59,668 nucleotides of DNA from an uncultured Alphaproteobacteria bacterium (lineage in GTDB: Bacteria > Pseudomonadota > Alphaproteobacteria > RF32 > CAG-239), in the NCBI GenBank assembly GCA_944392285.1, contig CALXWF010000027.1:1-59668 (forward strand), read 5' to 3'. Shown here one piece after another: positions 46,818-56,083 of this stretch. Within the stretch, counting starts at the first letter, position 1; every line of letters begins with the position of its first letter. Position numbers and translations under genes: made by a program. The notes beneath the pieces were generated by a model that saw only the letters and a list, made by a program, of their open reading frames with translations, was not told the DNA's origin and did not search any database.

Positions 46818-48407
46818 TTAGCGCCCATATTGATTTTTAACAAGTTTGGCAATGTTATTTTGCAAGGATTTTTCCAAAGGTTTTTCAGCCTCTTTTCCGC
46901 GCACCAAATCTTTTAAATAAGCTGTTGTATCAAAACAATATCCCTGATGATACGTACCAGGGCTCCACCGCCAACGTTCTTCACTAAAGGCAGAAAATTG
47001 GTTCGCGCCGTCCGCAATATTTTTGCCGACATAAATTGTTGCATGATTATCTCCGTCCAACGAACGAAAATCAGGCTTAGGCGCATTTTCATCAAAGCTA
47101 CGTTCCAGTCCCGTCATAATAAACAAGGTTCCGGGCTGCAGTTTTTCTTGCATAACATCATCCGTATAATGCAAATACTTAGCCATTTTAGGATTCTGTT
47201 GACAATAAGTAACAAAGCCCTTACAAGTTGTAGCAGTCTTAAAATCATCTGGCACCATATCATTTATGCCGCATTTTTTAAAACAATCCATAAGCCCCAT
47301 CAAACAATATTTATTAAAGTGTGTTTGCTGTGGAATTTCTTTGAGTCTTTCAGGTGCAAAGGATTGCAAAACTCTGCTGTAAACATCTTTTGTCATGGAC
47401 AAGACGCGTTCTTCTTGGCTCAAATGCGCAAAGGCTTGACGATAATAGTCGCGAATCTTAGAAAACTTTTCGACATTTCGATGAATCTTGGCAAGCAACC
47501 CCCGAATCATCGCATGCTTTTCTGTTTCGGCACATTTTATGGTATCTGCTCGAAAAGCACCGGACGGACGAATATCAGCCACCAAATATTCTCGCCGATC
47601 AGATTTTTGTAACAAAGCAGCAAAACTACGCGCATCATAGCCGGCAGACTCGGTTAAACTTTGTGCATAGATATCGGCCCAGGTTTCCTCTCCCTGAATA
47701 TGACCGGCATACCCTTCGGGTCGATAATGCGAATCAACGGCATGCCCTAATTCATGAGCCAACAGCCCGGGCAATACATTCAAATATTCTTCCTTAAAAG
47801 TGGCATTATTAATAGAGATATGAAGTTTTTTAGTTTTTTTATTCAACAAAGCCGTTCCGTTAGGAAGAGAAGCACTGTCTTGACGCAAACTACCGTCCGG
47901 ATTTTTATCATCATTAAATTCAATGACCAAGTCATATTGCGCCAAAACTTCTTTCAATATATCTCCGGCCGGGCTCCCACTCTGACTAAAATCATCCAGC
48001 AAACGCTGCAAAATCTGCATATTATTTTTATAGCTTTCCGAATCATGAGGAATTGGGCGCATTGTACTGTAAAAAACACGGCTATCAGGCATATAGGCAA
48101 CATTTTCTTTATAAGCATCAACTCTCTTATACAGCTCAGCCTTCCTCTGAGGTCCGACCCGAGAAAACTTATCAACCAAATTTTTAAGATGCTCGCTTAA
48201 ATCAAAACCCTGTGCTTCCAGCTCTTTACTTTTGGCAGCTTTTTCAGGCGTCAAAACCAACAAAGCCGTATACAACTTTTGTTTTTCATCTTCGGTTGCA
48301 TTTTGTAAAGCTGCTTGAAACAGCTCCCGATCTTTGTCGGTCGTAGCTTCAAATTCGGGTTGCAATTCTTCAAGCCTGTGAATGATATGACTGACTTCTT
48401 CCCGCAT
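46818..48407 (-). CDS. hypothetical two-module protein: HELGH metallopeptidase-like region plus NlpC/P60-like Cys/His region
   Basis: GGAG SD 9 nt upstream and no signal peptide. LLAHELGHAVDSH…GEETWADIYAQ (aa 218-248) resembles the ImmA/IrrE (M78) HExxH…ExxAxxFA pattern. TTCKGFV (Cys395), LQPGTLFIM and NHATIYVG (His455) resemble the NlpC/P60 core. Confidence 0.6.
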   Translation of the reverse strand: MREEVSHIIHRLEELQPEFEATTDKDRELFQAALQNATEDEKQKLYTALLVLTPEKAAKSKELEAQGFDLSEHLKNLVDKFSRVGPQRKAELYKRVDAYKENVAYMPDSRVFYSTMRPIPHDSESYKNNMQILQRLLDDFSQSGSPAGDILKEVLAQYDLVIEFNDDKNPDGSLRQDSASLPNGTALLNKKTKKLHISINNATFKEEYLNVLPGLLAHELGHAVDSHYRPEGYAGHIQGEETWADIYAQSLTESAGYDARSFAALLQKSDRREYLVADIRPSGAFRADTIKCAETEKHAMIRGLLAKIHRNVEKFSKIRDYYRQAFAHLSQEERVLSMTKDVYSRVLQSFAPERLKEIPQQTHFNKYCLMGLMDCFKKCGINDMVPDDFKTATTCKGFVTYCQQNPKMAKYLHYTDDVMQEKLQPGTLFIMTGLERSFDENAPKPDFRSLDGDNHATIYVGKNIADGANQFSAFSEERWRWSPGTYHQGYCFDTTAYLKDLVRGKEAEKPLEKSLQNNIAKLVKNQYGR

Positions 48408-48480
48408 AAGCTCAAACTCCTATTCTCATAGAATGAGTATAGCACAGAATATCAAATATCGCAAGTTTAGAATAGCAAAA

Positions 48481-49788
48481 CTATTTCTTAACAAACTCAA
48501 CCAACTCGGCCGAAGAAAGCTGTTGTTGGGTGCCACTGTTCATATCTTTGAGCGTAAAACGACCGCTTGCGACCTCATCTTCGCCGATAATAACCACATA
48601 AGGCACCTTAATTTTGTTGGCATAATTCATCTTAGCCTTAAACTTGCCGTCTTTGTGATAGATATCACAATTAACACCGCCTTTGCGCAAATCTGCACAT
48701 AAAGAAATAGCCGTATCAATATAAGCACTGTCTTGCAAAATAATCAAAACCTTACTTGGGGTCAAAGCGCCGCTTTCAATCATTTGACAACTGCGCAACT
48801 GATCAAACAAACGCGTAAGCCCGATAGAAATACCGACACCCGGGAATTTTTTATCCATAAACACGCTTGAAAGATTATCATATCTTCCGCCCGAGCAAAC
48901 ACTGCCAAACTCCGGATGTTGGTTAAAGAATGTTTCATAAACCGTTCCGGTATAATAATCCAAACCGCGGGTAATGCTTAAATCAATTTTCAGATTTTCT
49001 TCCGGCAGACCGAACTTGCGCGCTTTATCAACCACGGTTTCAAGTTCTTGCAAACCTTGATGATAATTTTCATTATCAATATTCATATTTTTCAGGCTTT
49101 GTAAGATTTCCGCATTTTTGCCATCCTGACGAATAAAGGCCAAGATTCTTGAAATAATATCTTTTTCAAGCTGCAAATCTTCCAAACAAGCCACAAAATC
49201 AGCCTCGGAAATTTTTCTGATTTTATCGACAATACGCAAAACTTCAGTCGTTTTATCGGCGATATTCAAACTTTCCATAAAGCCGGACAACAATTTGCGG
49301 TTATTAATAACAATCGTAAAATCAGACAAATTCAATTGACGAAAGACATTATAAATCACCGCCAAAATTTCGGCATCATAAATAATATTCAACTCATCTC
49401 TGTCAATAATATCAATATCACACTGATAAAACTCTCTAAAGCGCCCTTTTTGCGGTCTTTCTCCACGATAAACCTTTCCGATTTGATAGCGTTTGAAAGG
49501 AAACGTCAGGTCATTGTTATACAAAGCCACATATTTTGCCAAAGGCACGGTCAAATCAAACCGCATGGCAAGCTCCGTATCCCCTTTCTTAAAAGCATAA
49601 ATCTGCTTTTCTGTCTCGCCGCCCGACTTTGACAACAAAACCTCTGATGCCTCTAAAACCGGCGTATCCAAAGGCGTAAAGCCAAAAAGCTCATAAGTCT
49701 TGCGGATAGTTTCCATCATATTATTCATAATTAATTGTTCTTGGGGCAAAAGCTCCATAAATCCTGTCAAAGTTCTGGCTTTACTCAT
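48481..49788 (-). CDS. hisS: histidine--tRNA ligase (eukaryote/archaeal-like type)
   Basis: Class II aaRS. …LAMRFDLTVPLAKYVA…, …FREFYQCDIDII… and …CSGGRYDNL… motifs, with a C-terminal anticodon-binding domain. Confidence 0.88.
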   Translation of the reverse strand: MSKARTLTGFMELLPQEQLIMNNMMETIRKTYELFGFTPLDTPVLEASEVLLSKSGGETEKQIYAFKKGDTELAMRFDLTVPLAKYVALYNNDLTFPFKRYQIGKVYRGERPQKGRFREFYQCDIDIIDRDELNIIYDAEILAVIYNVFRQLNLSDFTIVINNRKLLSGFMESLNIADKTTEVLRIVDKIRKISEADFVACLEDLQLEKDIISRILAFIRQDGKNAEILQSLKNMNIDNENYHQGLQELETVVDKARKFGLPEENLKIDLSITRGLDYYTGTVYETFFNQHPEFGSVCSGGRYDNLSSVFMDKKFPGVGISIGLTRLFDQLRSCQMIESGALTPSKVLIILQDSAYIDTAISLCADLRKGGVNCDIYHKDGKFKAKMNYANKIKVPYVVIIGEDEVASGRFTLKDMNSGTQQQLSSAELVEFVKK

Positions 49789-49871
49789 TTTTCTTCTCTC
49801 TGTTTAACTGACTCTCCGCCTATTAATAAAGGCAAATCCAAATCTTGTCAAACGGTTATGGAATAAAATAT

Positions 49872-49898
49872 AAAAAAAGGAGCGGCCCGGGCCGCCCC
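49872..49898 (-). terminator. rho-independent terminator after the permease gene
   Basis: Minus strand: GGGGCGGCC-cgg-GCCGCTCC followed by T7. A GC-rich hairpin in an AT-rich spacer. Confidence 0.7.
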
Positions 49899-49914
49899 TT
49901 CCGACATACGGCAA

Positions 49915-51249
49915 TTAAAAAACAAATTCAAAATATAAAAATGCTGTCGCGACCAGCACGCTCATCAGCATAACCGGAACCGACCACAGCAAAAATTTCA
50001 AAAAGCTGATCGGATGTCCTTCACGTGCCGCCATACCGGCAACAACCACATTAGCCGAAGCGCCGATCAAAGTCCCGTTACCGCCGAAGCAGGCTCCGAG
50101 AGATAATGCCCACCAAACAGGCATCATTGCCTCGCGGCCGCCCATCGATTCCTCTATTGACTTCAACATCGGAATCATCGTCGCAACAAATGGAATATTA
50201 TCGATGACACTGGAAAAAATGGCCGAACTCCACAAAATCAGAAACATCATTTTTTCCATACTGCCGTTGGTTAAATCAACAAAATAACGACCGAGAATTT
50301 CCAAAACACCCGTAACTTCCAAACCGTAAACCATCACAAACAAACCGACAAAGAAAAAGATCGTCGTCCAGTCCACGGAATTAAAAATTTCCTGCACCTT
50401 ATCCTCACGCTCATTGCCTTTGTAATGCGCACTGTACAACAAAAGCAGCAAAGAAGCTCCCGTAAGGGCGATCGTTCCGTTATCAATACCGAGAGGATGC
50501 GCCATAATGAAACAAACGATGACAAGCAATAAAACAAACAGTGATTTAAACAACAAAACACGATCCGTAATACAGTCAAATTCATTCATTTTCATAACCA
50601 GACTTTTATTTTTGTCGGTTGTACTCAGACGCCGCCCCCAGGTCAGATCAAAGATCAGCATCAGAATCAGCATGGTTACGACGACAACCGGCGTCAGCGT
50701 AACCAGAAAATCCATAAACGACAAATTCAATGACGAACCGATCAAAATATTGGGAGGATCACCGATAAGCGTCGCCGTTCCGCCAAGATTGGAAGCAAAA
50801 ATTTCCGCAATCAGATAAGGATACGGATTAACTTTCAATTTACGCGTAATCTGAAAGGTCACCGGCGCAATCAACAACACGGTTGTTACATTATCCAAAA
50901 AGGCTGAGAAAAAGGCTGTAACAGCAGCCAGCACGACCAGCAGTCCTCTCGGATTGGCATGAACCTTCTTTGCACCCCACACCGCTACGAACTGAAAGAT
51001 TCCCGAACGTTCGGCAATAGCAACAATAATCATCATACCGACCAATAAGGCCAAAGTATTAAAGTCGATTCCGGCAAGCGCCAGTTTTTGCGTCAAGATA
51101 CCGCTCACAATCATTAAAGCGGCACCAAGCAACGCAATAACCGCTCGGTTAACTTTTTCCGTAAAAATAATAAAATAGCAGACGGCAACAATAATAATTG
51201 CCGCCAATTTCGGATCCATACCCATTATTAATCCGCTTAATTCATGCAT
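49915..51249 (-). CDS. ArsB/NhaD (CitMHS-like) superfamily ion/anion permease
   Basis: About 11-12 TM segments with the two-fold repeat typical of the ArsB/NhaD permease superfamily. ATG 51249 is preceded by a GGAGG SD at 7 nt. The ORF-track start at 51255 is a TTG inside the spacer. Confidence 0.7.
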   Translation of the reverse strand: MHELSGLIMGMDPKLAAIIIVAVCYFIIFTEKVNRAVIALLGAALMIVSGILTQKLALAGIDFNTLALLVGMMIIVAIAERSGIFQFVAVWGAKKVHANPRGLLVVLAAVTAFFSAFLDNVTTVLLIAPVTFQITRKLKVNPYPYLIAEIFASNLGGTATLIGDPPNILIGSSLNLSFMDFLVTLTPVVVVTMLILMLIFDLTWGRRLSTTDKNKSLVMKMNEFDCITDRVLLFKSLFVLLLVIVCFIMAHPLGIDNGTIALTGASLLLLLYSAHYKGNEREDKVQEIFNSVDWTTIFFFVGLFVMVYGLEVTGVLEILGRYFVDLTNGSMEKMMFLILWSSAIFSSVIDNIPFVATMIPMLKSIEESMGGREAMMPVWWALSLGACFGGNGTLIGASANVVVAGMAAREGHPISFLKFLLWSVPVMLMSVLVATAFLYFEFVF

Positions 51250-51397
51250 AAACAAACCTCCTTGTTTATTTTTCTTTTACCTGTCTTTCAGCACACGCTT
51301 CAAGACAAAGCAAATCTCAGTCACAAATTCTGATTCGAAATACTAACCCCAAATTCTTCACAAATTCCTAATTTAGAGTAAATTTTTTACACTTTTA

Positions 51398-54300
51398 TCA
51401 GAAATGATAAGACACCCCGAGATTCAGAGCATATCCATCATCTTCTTCCAAAAACTTCTCGGCAGAAATATAGGCATTTAAGTTTTCATGTCTGTAATCT
51501 GCCCGCAAGCTCAAGACCCCTCTGTCTCTTTCCACGACATAACCGTCCATTTCATAACTTCCGACCATGCCCGAAACCCCCGACTTAATATTTTGATAGC
51601 TGTTATTAAACTCATGATACCAAGTACCGCCGGCACGCAAGCGCAATTCATCTGTCTCGCTTAATTGCCAGTTTTTCTTAACATATAAGCCTAAACCGCT
51701 TTCAACCGACACATCATCCGTTGCCTCAATTTTCAAGCGTCCTTTTTCTTTAATGGCTTGCTGATGCATTCCCAAGACATTAAATTCAGCCGTCGGTTCA
51801 AGCACAAAAGCGCCGAAATCAAACTCTTTACGATACTCATTGCTAATACCGTAATACCAATTTCTCGTATCTGCCGTAACCTTAGTACCATCAACATAAC
51901 GTTTATACTCGCCAAAACCATAGCCGATTTTTGGCATTACCAGAAAACTGGAATTTCCGTTTTGATACAGCAAAGGTGCGCTTAATTGCAAAATAACCTC
52001 ATCGCGATAATAATCTTCATCATAATCACTGTCATAGTCGGTAATCGAAAAACCGATTCCATAACGGAAATTTTTATCAAAGCGTTTATCCCAAACACCA
52101 TAGGCTGATATAGCTTGATCCTCATAACCAAGCAAACCATCAACACCGTCAAAATCACGATACCCATAATCAACCCCGACAATTGTCCGTATTTCATCAG
52201 AGGCGGTATCTGCTAAAATTTCCGTGCCGATTTTGTGGTTTAAATTTCTCAGTATATCCATATTTTGTTTGGCAAAAAGCGGGAACAAACTCAACCCGAG
52301 TTGTTCGTTTAATGCCTTATTAAAAGTTCTCTGCGAAGGCGCTCTTTTTAGCACAGAAAACAATTCTTCATTAGTCCCGACATTATAATTCTGCGACAGG
52401 AAAGAAGCGGCGGAGGCATTATTCATCACGCTATCAAAAGACTTCATGGTCATAACCACATCAATACCGCCTTCTCCGTTTTGCCTTTTTCCGGCATCAA
52501 ACAAATAAGCCCCGGATTGAACATCCAAACCATTATCTTCACCTTGGAAACCGTTTTCAACTTCATATTGGGTCTGATTTCCTTGTGCCACAATCTGCGC
52601 GGAAGCTCTTACCGGCCCTGCAAAAGAAGGTGCCACAAAAGAGCCGTCACTCAAAATTTCAACAGTTCCGTCGCCGACCTCATCAAAATTCATTGCCAAA
52701 TTAGATGTTGTCAAACCATTATTGGCATAAGTCGCACCATTGCTGAGGTTAATGGCATTTTGCACCGCTCCGTTTACCGTTACGGTTCCGCCTTCATTGG
52801 TAATGAGAGAATTAGCGCCATTCGCTTTCAACCCCTCTCCCGTACCATCTTCACTGGTAATGGTAATCGTACCCTTATTCACCATAACCACTCTGCGATC
52901 ATTTTCGGCCGTACCATCGACATAACCATCTGCATACATACCGATACCATTACTGCCGGTAATAACGATTTTTCCGTTCGAAGAATTGGAAACACCGACC
53001 GCGTTCGTTTCAGAGGCATAAATACCTATTCCGTTATCACCGGTAATCTCAATCGTGCCTTCGTTGGCCCCCTGAGATGTTCCGGAAAAATGCATTCCCG
53101 TAGCATTATTGCCGGTAATCTTAATCATCGCCGTACCATAATTGGCACCGTTCACCATATTTCCACCCGAAGTCTTCATTCCAAAAGAACCATCGCCGGT
53201 AATATCAATTGAACCGGTATTAATCGTACTGTTTTTAATATTGCTGACCTCAATGCCGGTGCCGCCGCCCGCCGCAATGACTATATCACCGCGATTTTCT
53301 ACGACGTCGCTGTTTGCAACCGACATAGCTGTTCCCCCGTTTTCCAAAGTAATGATACCGCCCGCCTCGTTGCTGATATTATCAGCATAAGCTGCTGTAA
53401 TGCCGATCCCGGACTGCTTCAAAGTAATAACACCGCTATTGGCGACTGTCACCGGACTCGCAGGCGGCACGGGATCCCCGCCCCCTTCGGGAACCGTCTC
53501 CGGATTCAGCGCCGAGATACCTATACCGCCGGTACCGTCTGTCTCAATCGTACCGGCGTTTGTAATTGAACCGCTTCCACCCAAGAATAAAGCCGTCGCG
53601 TTATCTCCCGTTGCACTGATGGTACCAGAAGATTTAACCGTTACACCGTCTCCCAAAACTTTAACACCGAAAGAGTTACCGCCTTCGGCAGAAACTCTTC
53701 CCCGTTCCGCTACGGTAATAAAGCCTTCGTTCATCTGAATCCCGATTGTATTGTCGCCCCCTGTCGCCTCGACTATGGCATCATTATCACCGGCACCTAT
53801 TTGAATATTATCACTTTTCGTTGAGTTAATGCCAATGGCATTCTCACCGGAAACCGATATTTTGCCGCGGTTGCCTATAGAGATAGTCGAAGTGGTGTCC
53901 GATAAAGAAGTTTTTTCGCTTTCATCATAAATTCCCTGAGCATTAGCACCGGTTACCTCTATTGAACCGGAATACTGAATACGGGAATCTTCACCGGAAG
54001 TTTTGATACCGAAAGAATCGTCACCCGTAACCGTAATGCTTCCCGTATAATTTCCATAAATGTAACTTGCAGAGGAATCAATGCCAATTCCCTTACCGTT
54101 AACAGTAATACGACCATTGTTTGTAGACGACCCGCTTCCGATATTGATACCAGTTCCCTCAGCGGAAAGAGTGATACTTCCGTTGTTAATGACACTGCCG
54201 CCGGAAGCATTGATCCCCGTTCCGCCTTTCTGCATCAAAATTGAACCGCCGTTGCTGACGTCAGACACAGTTGCATAAATGCCGGTGCCGTTTTCCTGCA

Positions 54301-56083
54301 TCGTAATCGTGTTATTATTATCCGCTTCGCCATTACCGGCACGCATACCGACACCGCCGTTCTCAATCGTAATGGTGCCATCGTTGGTAATCGTCCCGCC
54401 GGTCGTTTTCATTCCCGCACCATCGGACACATTTAAAATGATTGCGTTGGAATTTGTACCCTTCCCGGCGCTGTCGACATTCATTCCGTCGGCCGTAAAC
54501 TGACCGCCATCAATATCAATTGTTCCAGAATTAACCAATTCGCCTGCATCTAACGTACTGTCGGAAAGATACATTCCGGTAACGGTCGCTCTCCCCGAAC
54601 CGCTGATACTGATTGAACCGCCATTGGTCGCCTTCCCGTAACCGCTGAGAGACATTCCAGTCAGCGAAGCCGGACGATCCCAGTTACTGGTCATCGTAAT
54701 ACTGCCGCTGTTTGATAATTCGATTCTTCCCGGAACGTTGGCCGAGCTGACTTCAGATATCCCTTTATCTAAAACGCCTGCCATGGCTATCAGCGAAACA
54801 TTGGAACTTGTCGGCGTTACGGAATCGGAATTATACATATTAATCGTACCGTTATTAACGGCTTTGGTCGTCTCATCAGCCGTGTTCACCAGACTGGCCT
54901 GCATTCCGACCATTGTTCCGCTCATTGCCTGATTTTCTGCAAGAATTGTTCCACCGGCCTCGTTAGACACTGAAGCACCGGTATCTGCATACATACCGAT
55001 AATTCGAGTCGCTGACACACCGGCGGCATAGTTTCCCGTCATAACCATATTCAGACTGGCACCCGACAAATTGCTGGCTAACGATGCCGAACTGGCGGCC
55101 ATACCGATCGCTGCATTATGCGCATTAACACTGATAATGGCCTTATTATTGGCAAGACTGTTGTTTTCAGCCGCCATACCGACAGAAGCATCGCCGACGC
55201 TGATAACCGGAACCGCTCCGTCCGCGGCTGCATTTTCAATGGTCGCCCCTTCGGTCGCTTTTATACCGACGCGCAAAAACTCGGCATCATCCAGAATACT
55301 GTTGCTGTTCCAGTTCAAAATTGAACTTATCGGTGTCTGTGAACCGTTGACGTCATTGGTCGAATTATTCAAGACCGAAAGATTCGCACTGTTGGTATAG
55401 GCCGAGGTTTCACCGACTTCATGTATAATCGGCTTATAAGCGCCGCCCTCGCCTACCGGCGCTCCGACCGAGGGCGTCCCGGTTCCGGCCAGCGAAGCCA
55501 TATTATGATCAGGATCTGGTTCAGGAACCGGTTCAGGCTCTGGTTCCGGCTCGGGTTCTGGTTCGGGCGTCACAGGCACATAATGCCCGCCTCCGCCGCC
55601 ACCGCCTCCGCCGCCGAGCAAAAGCGCCGCAACCACACCGCCGAGCAAAATCACCCCGCCGATAAGTTTCCAATTTGAAGAGGTTTGCGGAACCCCATAA
55701 TTGCGCGAATTAAAGCCTTCTCGAAAGAATGCCGGAATCCGATTCGAATTCATAAAGTTATCATAATCGACCGCGGCGATTTCATTCACGCAAGCAGGTC
55801 TGGGATTGGCCCCTGCCGCCCGAAACGAGTTATAAGCCCGATAATCTCGCTCTTTAATGGCCACGCAAAGTCCCGTATCGCCGTCTTCATTAGGCGTATC
55901 AATATCCAACCCGCGATCAACCGCCATTTTCAAAACATTAATCTTACCATCTGAGGCAAACTCATACATCTGATTCCAAGACTTCGGCGCCAAACCTCTT
56001 CCCCAAGCGGTCTGATTACCGAGAACCAAAAAAATGGATAAATATACCAAAACAGTTTTGAAAAATTTGTTTCTAAAAATCAT
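51398..56083 (-). CDS. giant autotransporter-type outer membrane protein (1561 aa) with an N-terminal ankyrin module
   Basis: N-terminal signal-like segment, ankyrin repeats (…DGDTGLCVAIKERDYRAYNSFRAAGANP…), a second hydrophobic segment, Gly10 and a (PE)n spacer. About 1000 aa of Gly/Thr/Asn-rich beta-helix-type repeats follow (…G.GI….G.I.N.G.I…). The C-terminal ~280 aa form a beta-barrel domain with alternating aromatics ending in …GVSYHF. Confidence 0.8.
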   Translation of the reverse strand: MIFRNKFFKTVLVYLSIFLVLGNQTAWGRGLAPKSWNQMYEFASDGKINVLKMAVDRGLDIDTPNEDGDTGLCVAIKERDYRAYNSFRAAGANPRPACVNEIAAVDYDNFMNSNRIPAFFREGFNSRNYGVPQTSSNWKLIGGVILLGGVVAALLLGGGGGGGGGGHYVPVTPEPEPEPEPEPEPVPEPDPDHNMASLAGTGTPSVGAPVGEGGAYKPIIHEVGETSAYTNSANLSVLNNSTNDVNGSQTPISSILNWNSNSILDDAEFLRVGIKATEGATIENAAADGAVPVISVGDASVGMAAENNSLANNKAIISVNAHNAAIGMAASSASLASNLSGASLNMVMTGNYAAGVSATRIIGMYADTGASVSNEAGGTILAENQAMSGTMVGMQASLVNTADETTKAVNNGTINMYNSDSVTPTSSNVSLIAMAGVLDKGISEVSSANVPGRIELSNSGSITMTSNWDRPASLTGMSLSGYGKATNGGSISISGSGRATVTGMYLSDSTLDAGELVNSGTIDIDGGQFTADGMNVDSAGKGTNSNAIILNVSDGAGMKTTGGTITNDGTITIENGGVGMRAGNGEADNNNTITMQENGTGIYATVSDVSNGGSILMQKGGTGINASGGSVINNGSITLSAEGTGINIGSGSSTNNGRITVNGKGIGIDSSASYIYGNYTGSITVTGDDSFGIKTSGEDSRIQYSGSIEVTGANAQGIYDESEKTSLSDTTSTISIGNRGKISVSGENAIGINSTKSDNIQIGAGDNDAIVEATGGDNTIGIQMNEGFITVAERGRVSAEGGNSFGVKVLGDGVTVKSSGTISATGDNATALFLGGSGSITNAGTIETDGTGGIGISALNPETVPEGGGDPVPPASPVTVANSGVITLKQSGIGITAAYADNISNEAGGIITLENGGTAMSVANSDVVENRGDIVIAAGGGTGIEVSNIKNSTINTGSIDITGDGSFGMKTSGGNMVNGANYGTAMIKITGNNATGMHFSGTSQGANEGTIEITGDNGIGIYASETNAVGVSNSSNGKIVITGSNGIGMYADGYVDGTAENDRRVVMVNKGTITITSEDGTGEGLKANGANSLITNEGGTVTVNGAVQNAINLSNGATYANNGLTTSNLAMNFDEVGDGTVEILSDGSFVAPSFAGPVRASAQIVAQGNQTQYEVENGFQGEDNGLDVQSGAYLFDAGKRQNGEGGIDVVMTMKSFDSVMNNASAASFLSQNYNVGTNEELFSVLKRAPSQRTFNKALNEQLGLSLFPLFAKQNMDILRNLNHKIGTEILADTASDEIRTIVGVDYGYRDFDGVDGLLGYEDQAISAYGVWDKRFDKNFRYGIGFSITDYDSDYDEDYYRDEVILQLSAPLLYQNGNSSFLVMPKIGYGFGEYKRYVDGTKVTADTRNWYYGISNEYRKEFDFGAFVLEPTAEFNVLGMHQQAIKEKGRLKIEATDDVSVESGLGLYVKKNWQLSETDELRLRAGGTWYHEFNNSYQNIKSGVSGMVGSYEMDGYVVERDRGVLSLRADYRHENLNAYISAEKFLEEDDGYALNLGVSYHF
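55511..55615 (-). repeat. low-complexity coding repeats: Gly10 followed by (Pro-Glu)n
   Basis: GGN x10 and about 9 imperfect CCN-GAR hexanucleotide units (seen as ggttcN repeats on the plus strand) encode GGGGGGGGGGHYVPVTPEPEPEPEPEPEPVPEPDP. Confidence 0.9.

Noticed and set aside
46947-47612. 221-aa plus-strand ORF opposite the 529-aa HELGH protein gene
   Set aside because: The minus-strand frame is three times longer, has an SD, and carries catalytic-type motifs. The plus-strand product is basic and Ile/Phe-rich with no features.
52481-55400. Several plus-strand ORFs of 60-243 aa (for example 52481-53212, 53400-53738 and 55071-55400) antisense to the autotransporter gene
   Set aside because: They lie entirely inside the 1561-aa minus-strand ORF, whose product has a coherent domain structure. 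Their translations are low-complexity (P/S/I/T-rich) mirror images of the Gly/Thr/Asn repeat codons. None has an SD or a recognisable motif.
55511-55615. Gly10 and (PE)n coding repeats as a slipped-strand phase- or length-variation locus
   Set aside because: The repeat units use mixed synonymous codons (GGC/GGA/GGT/GGG; CCN-GAA/GAG). No long perfect DNA repeat exists, and any slippage would be in-frame. I report the region as a low-complexity linker only.
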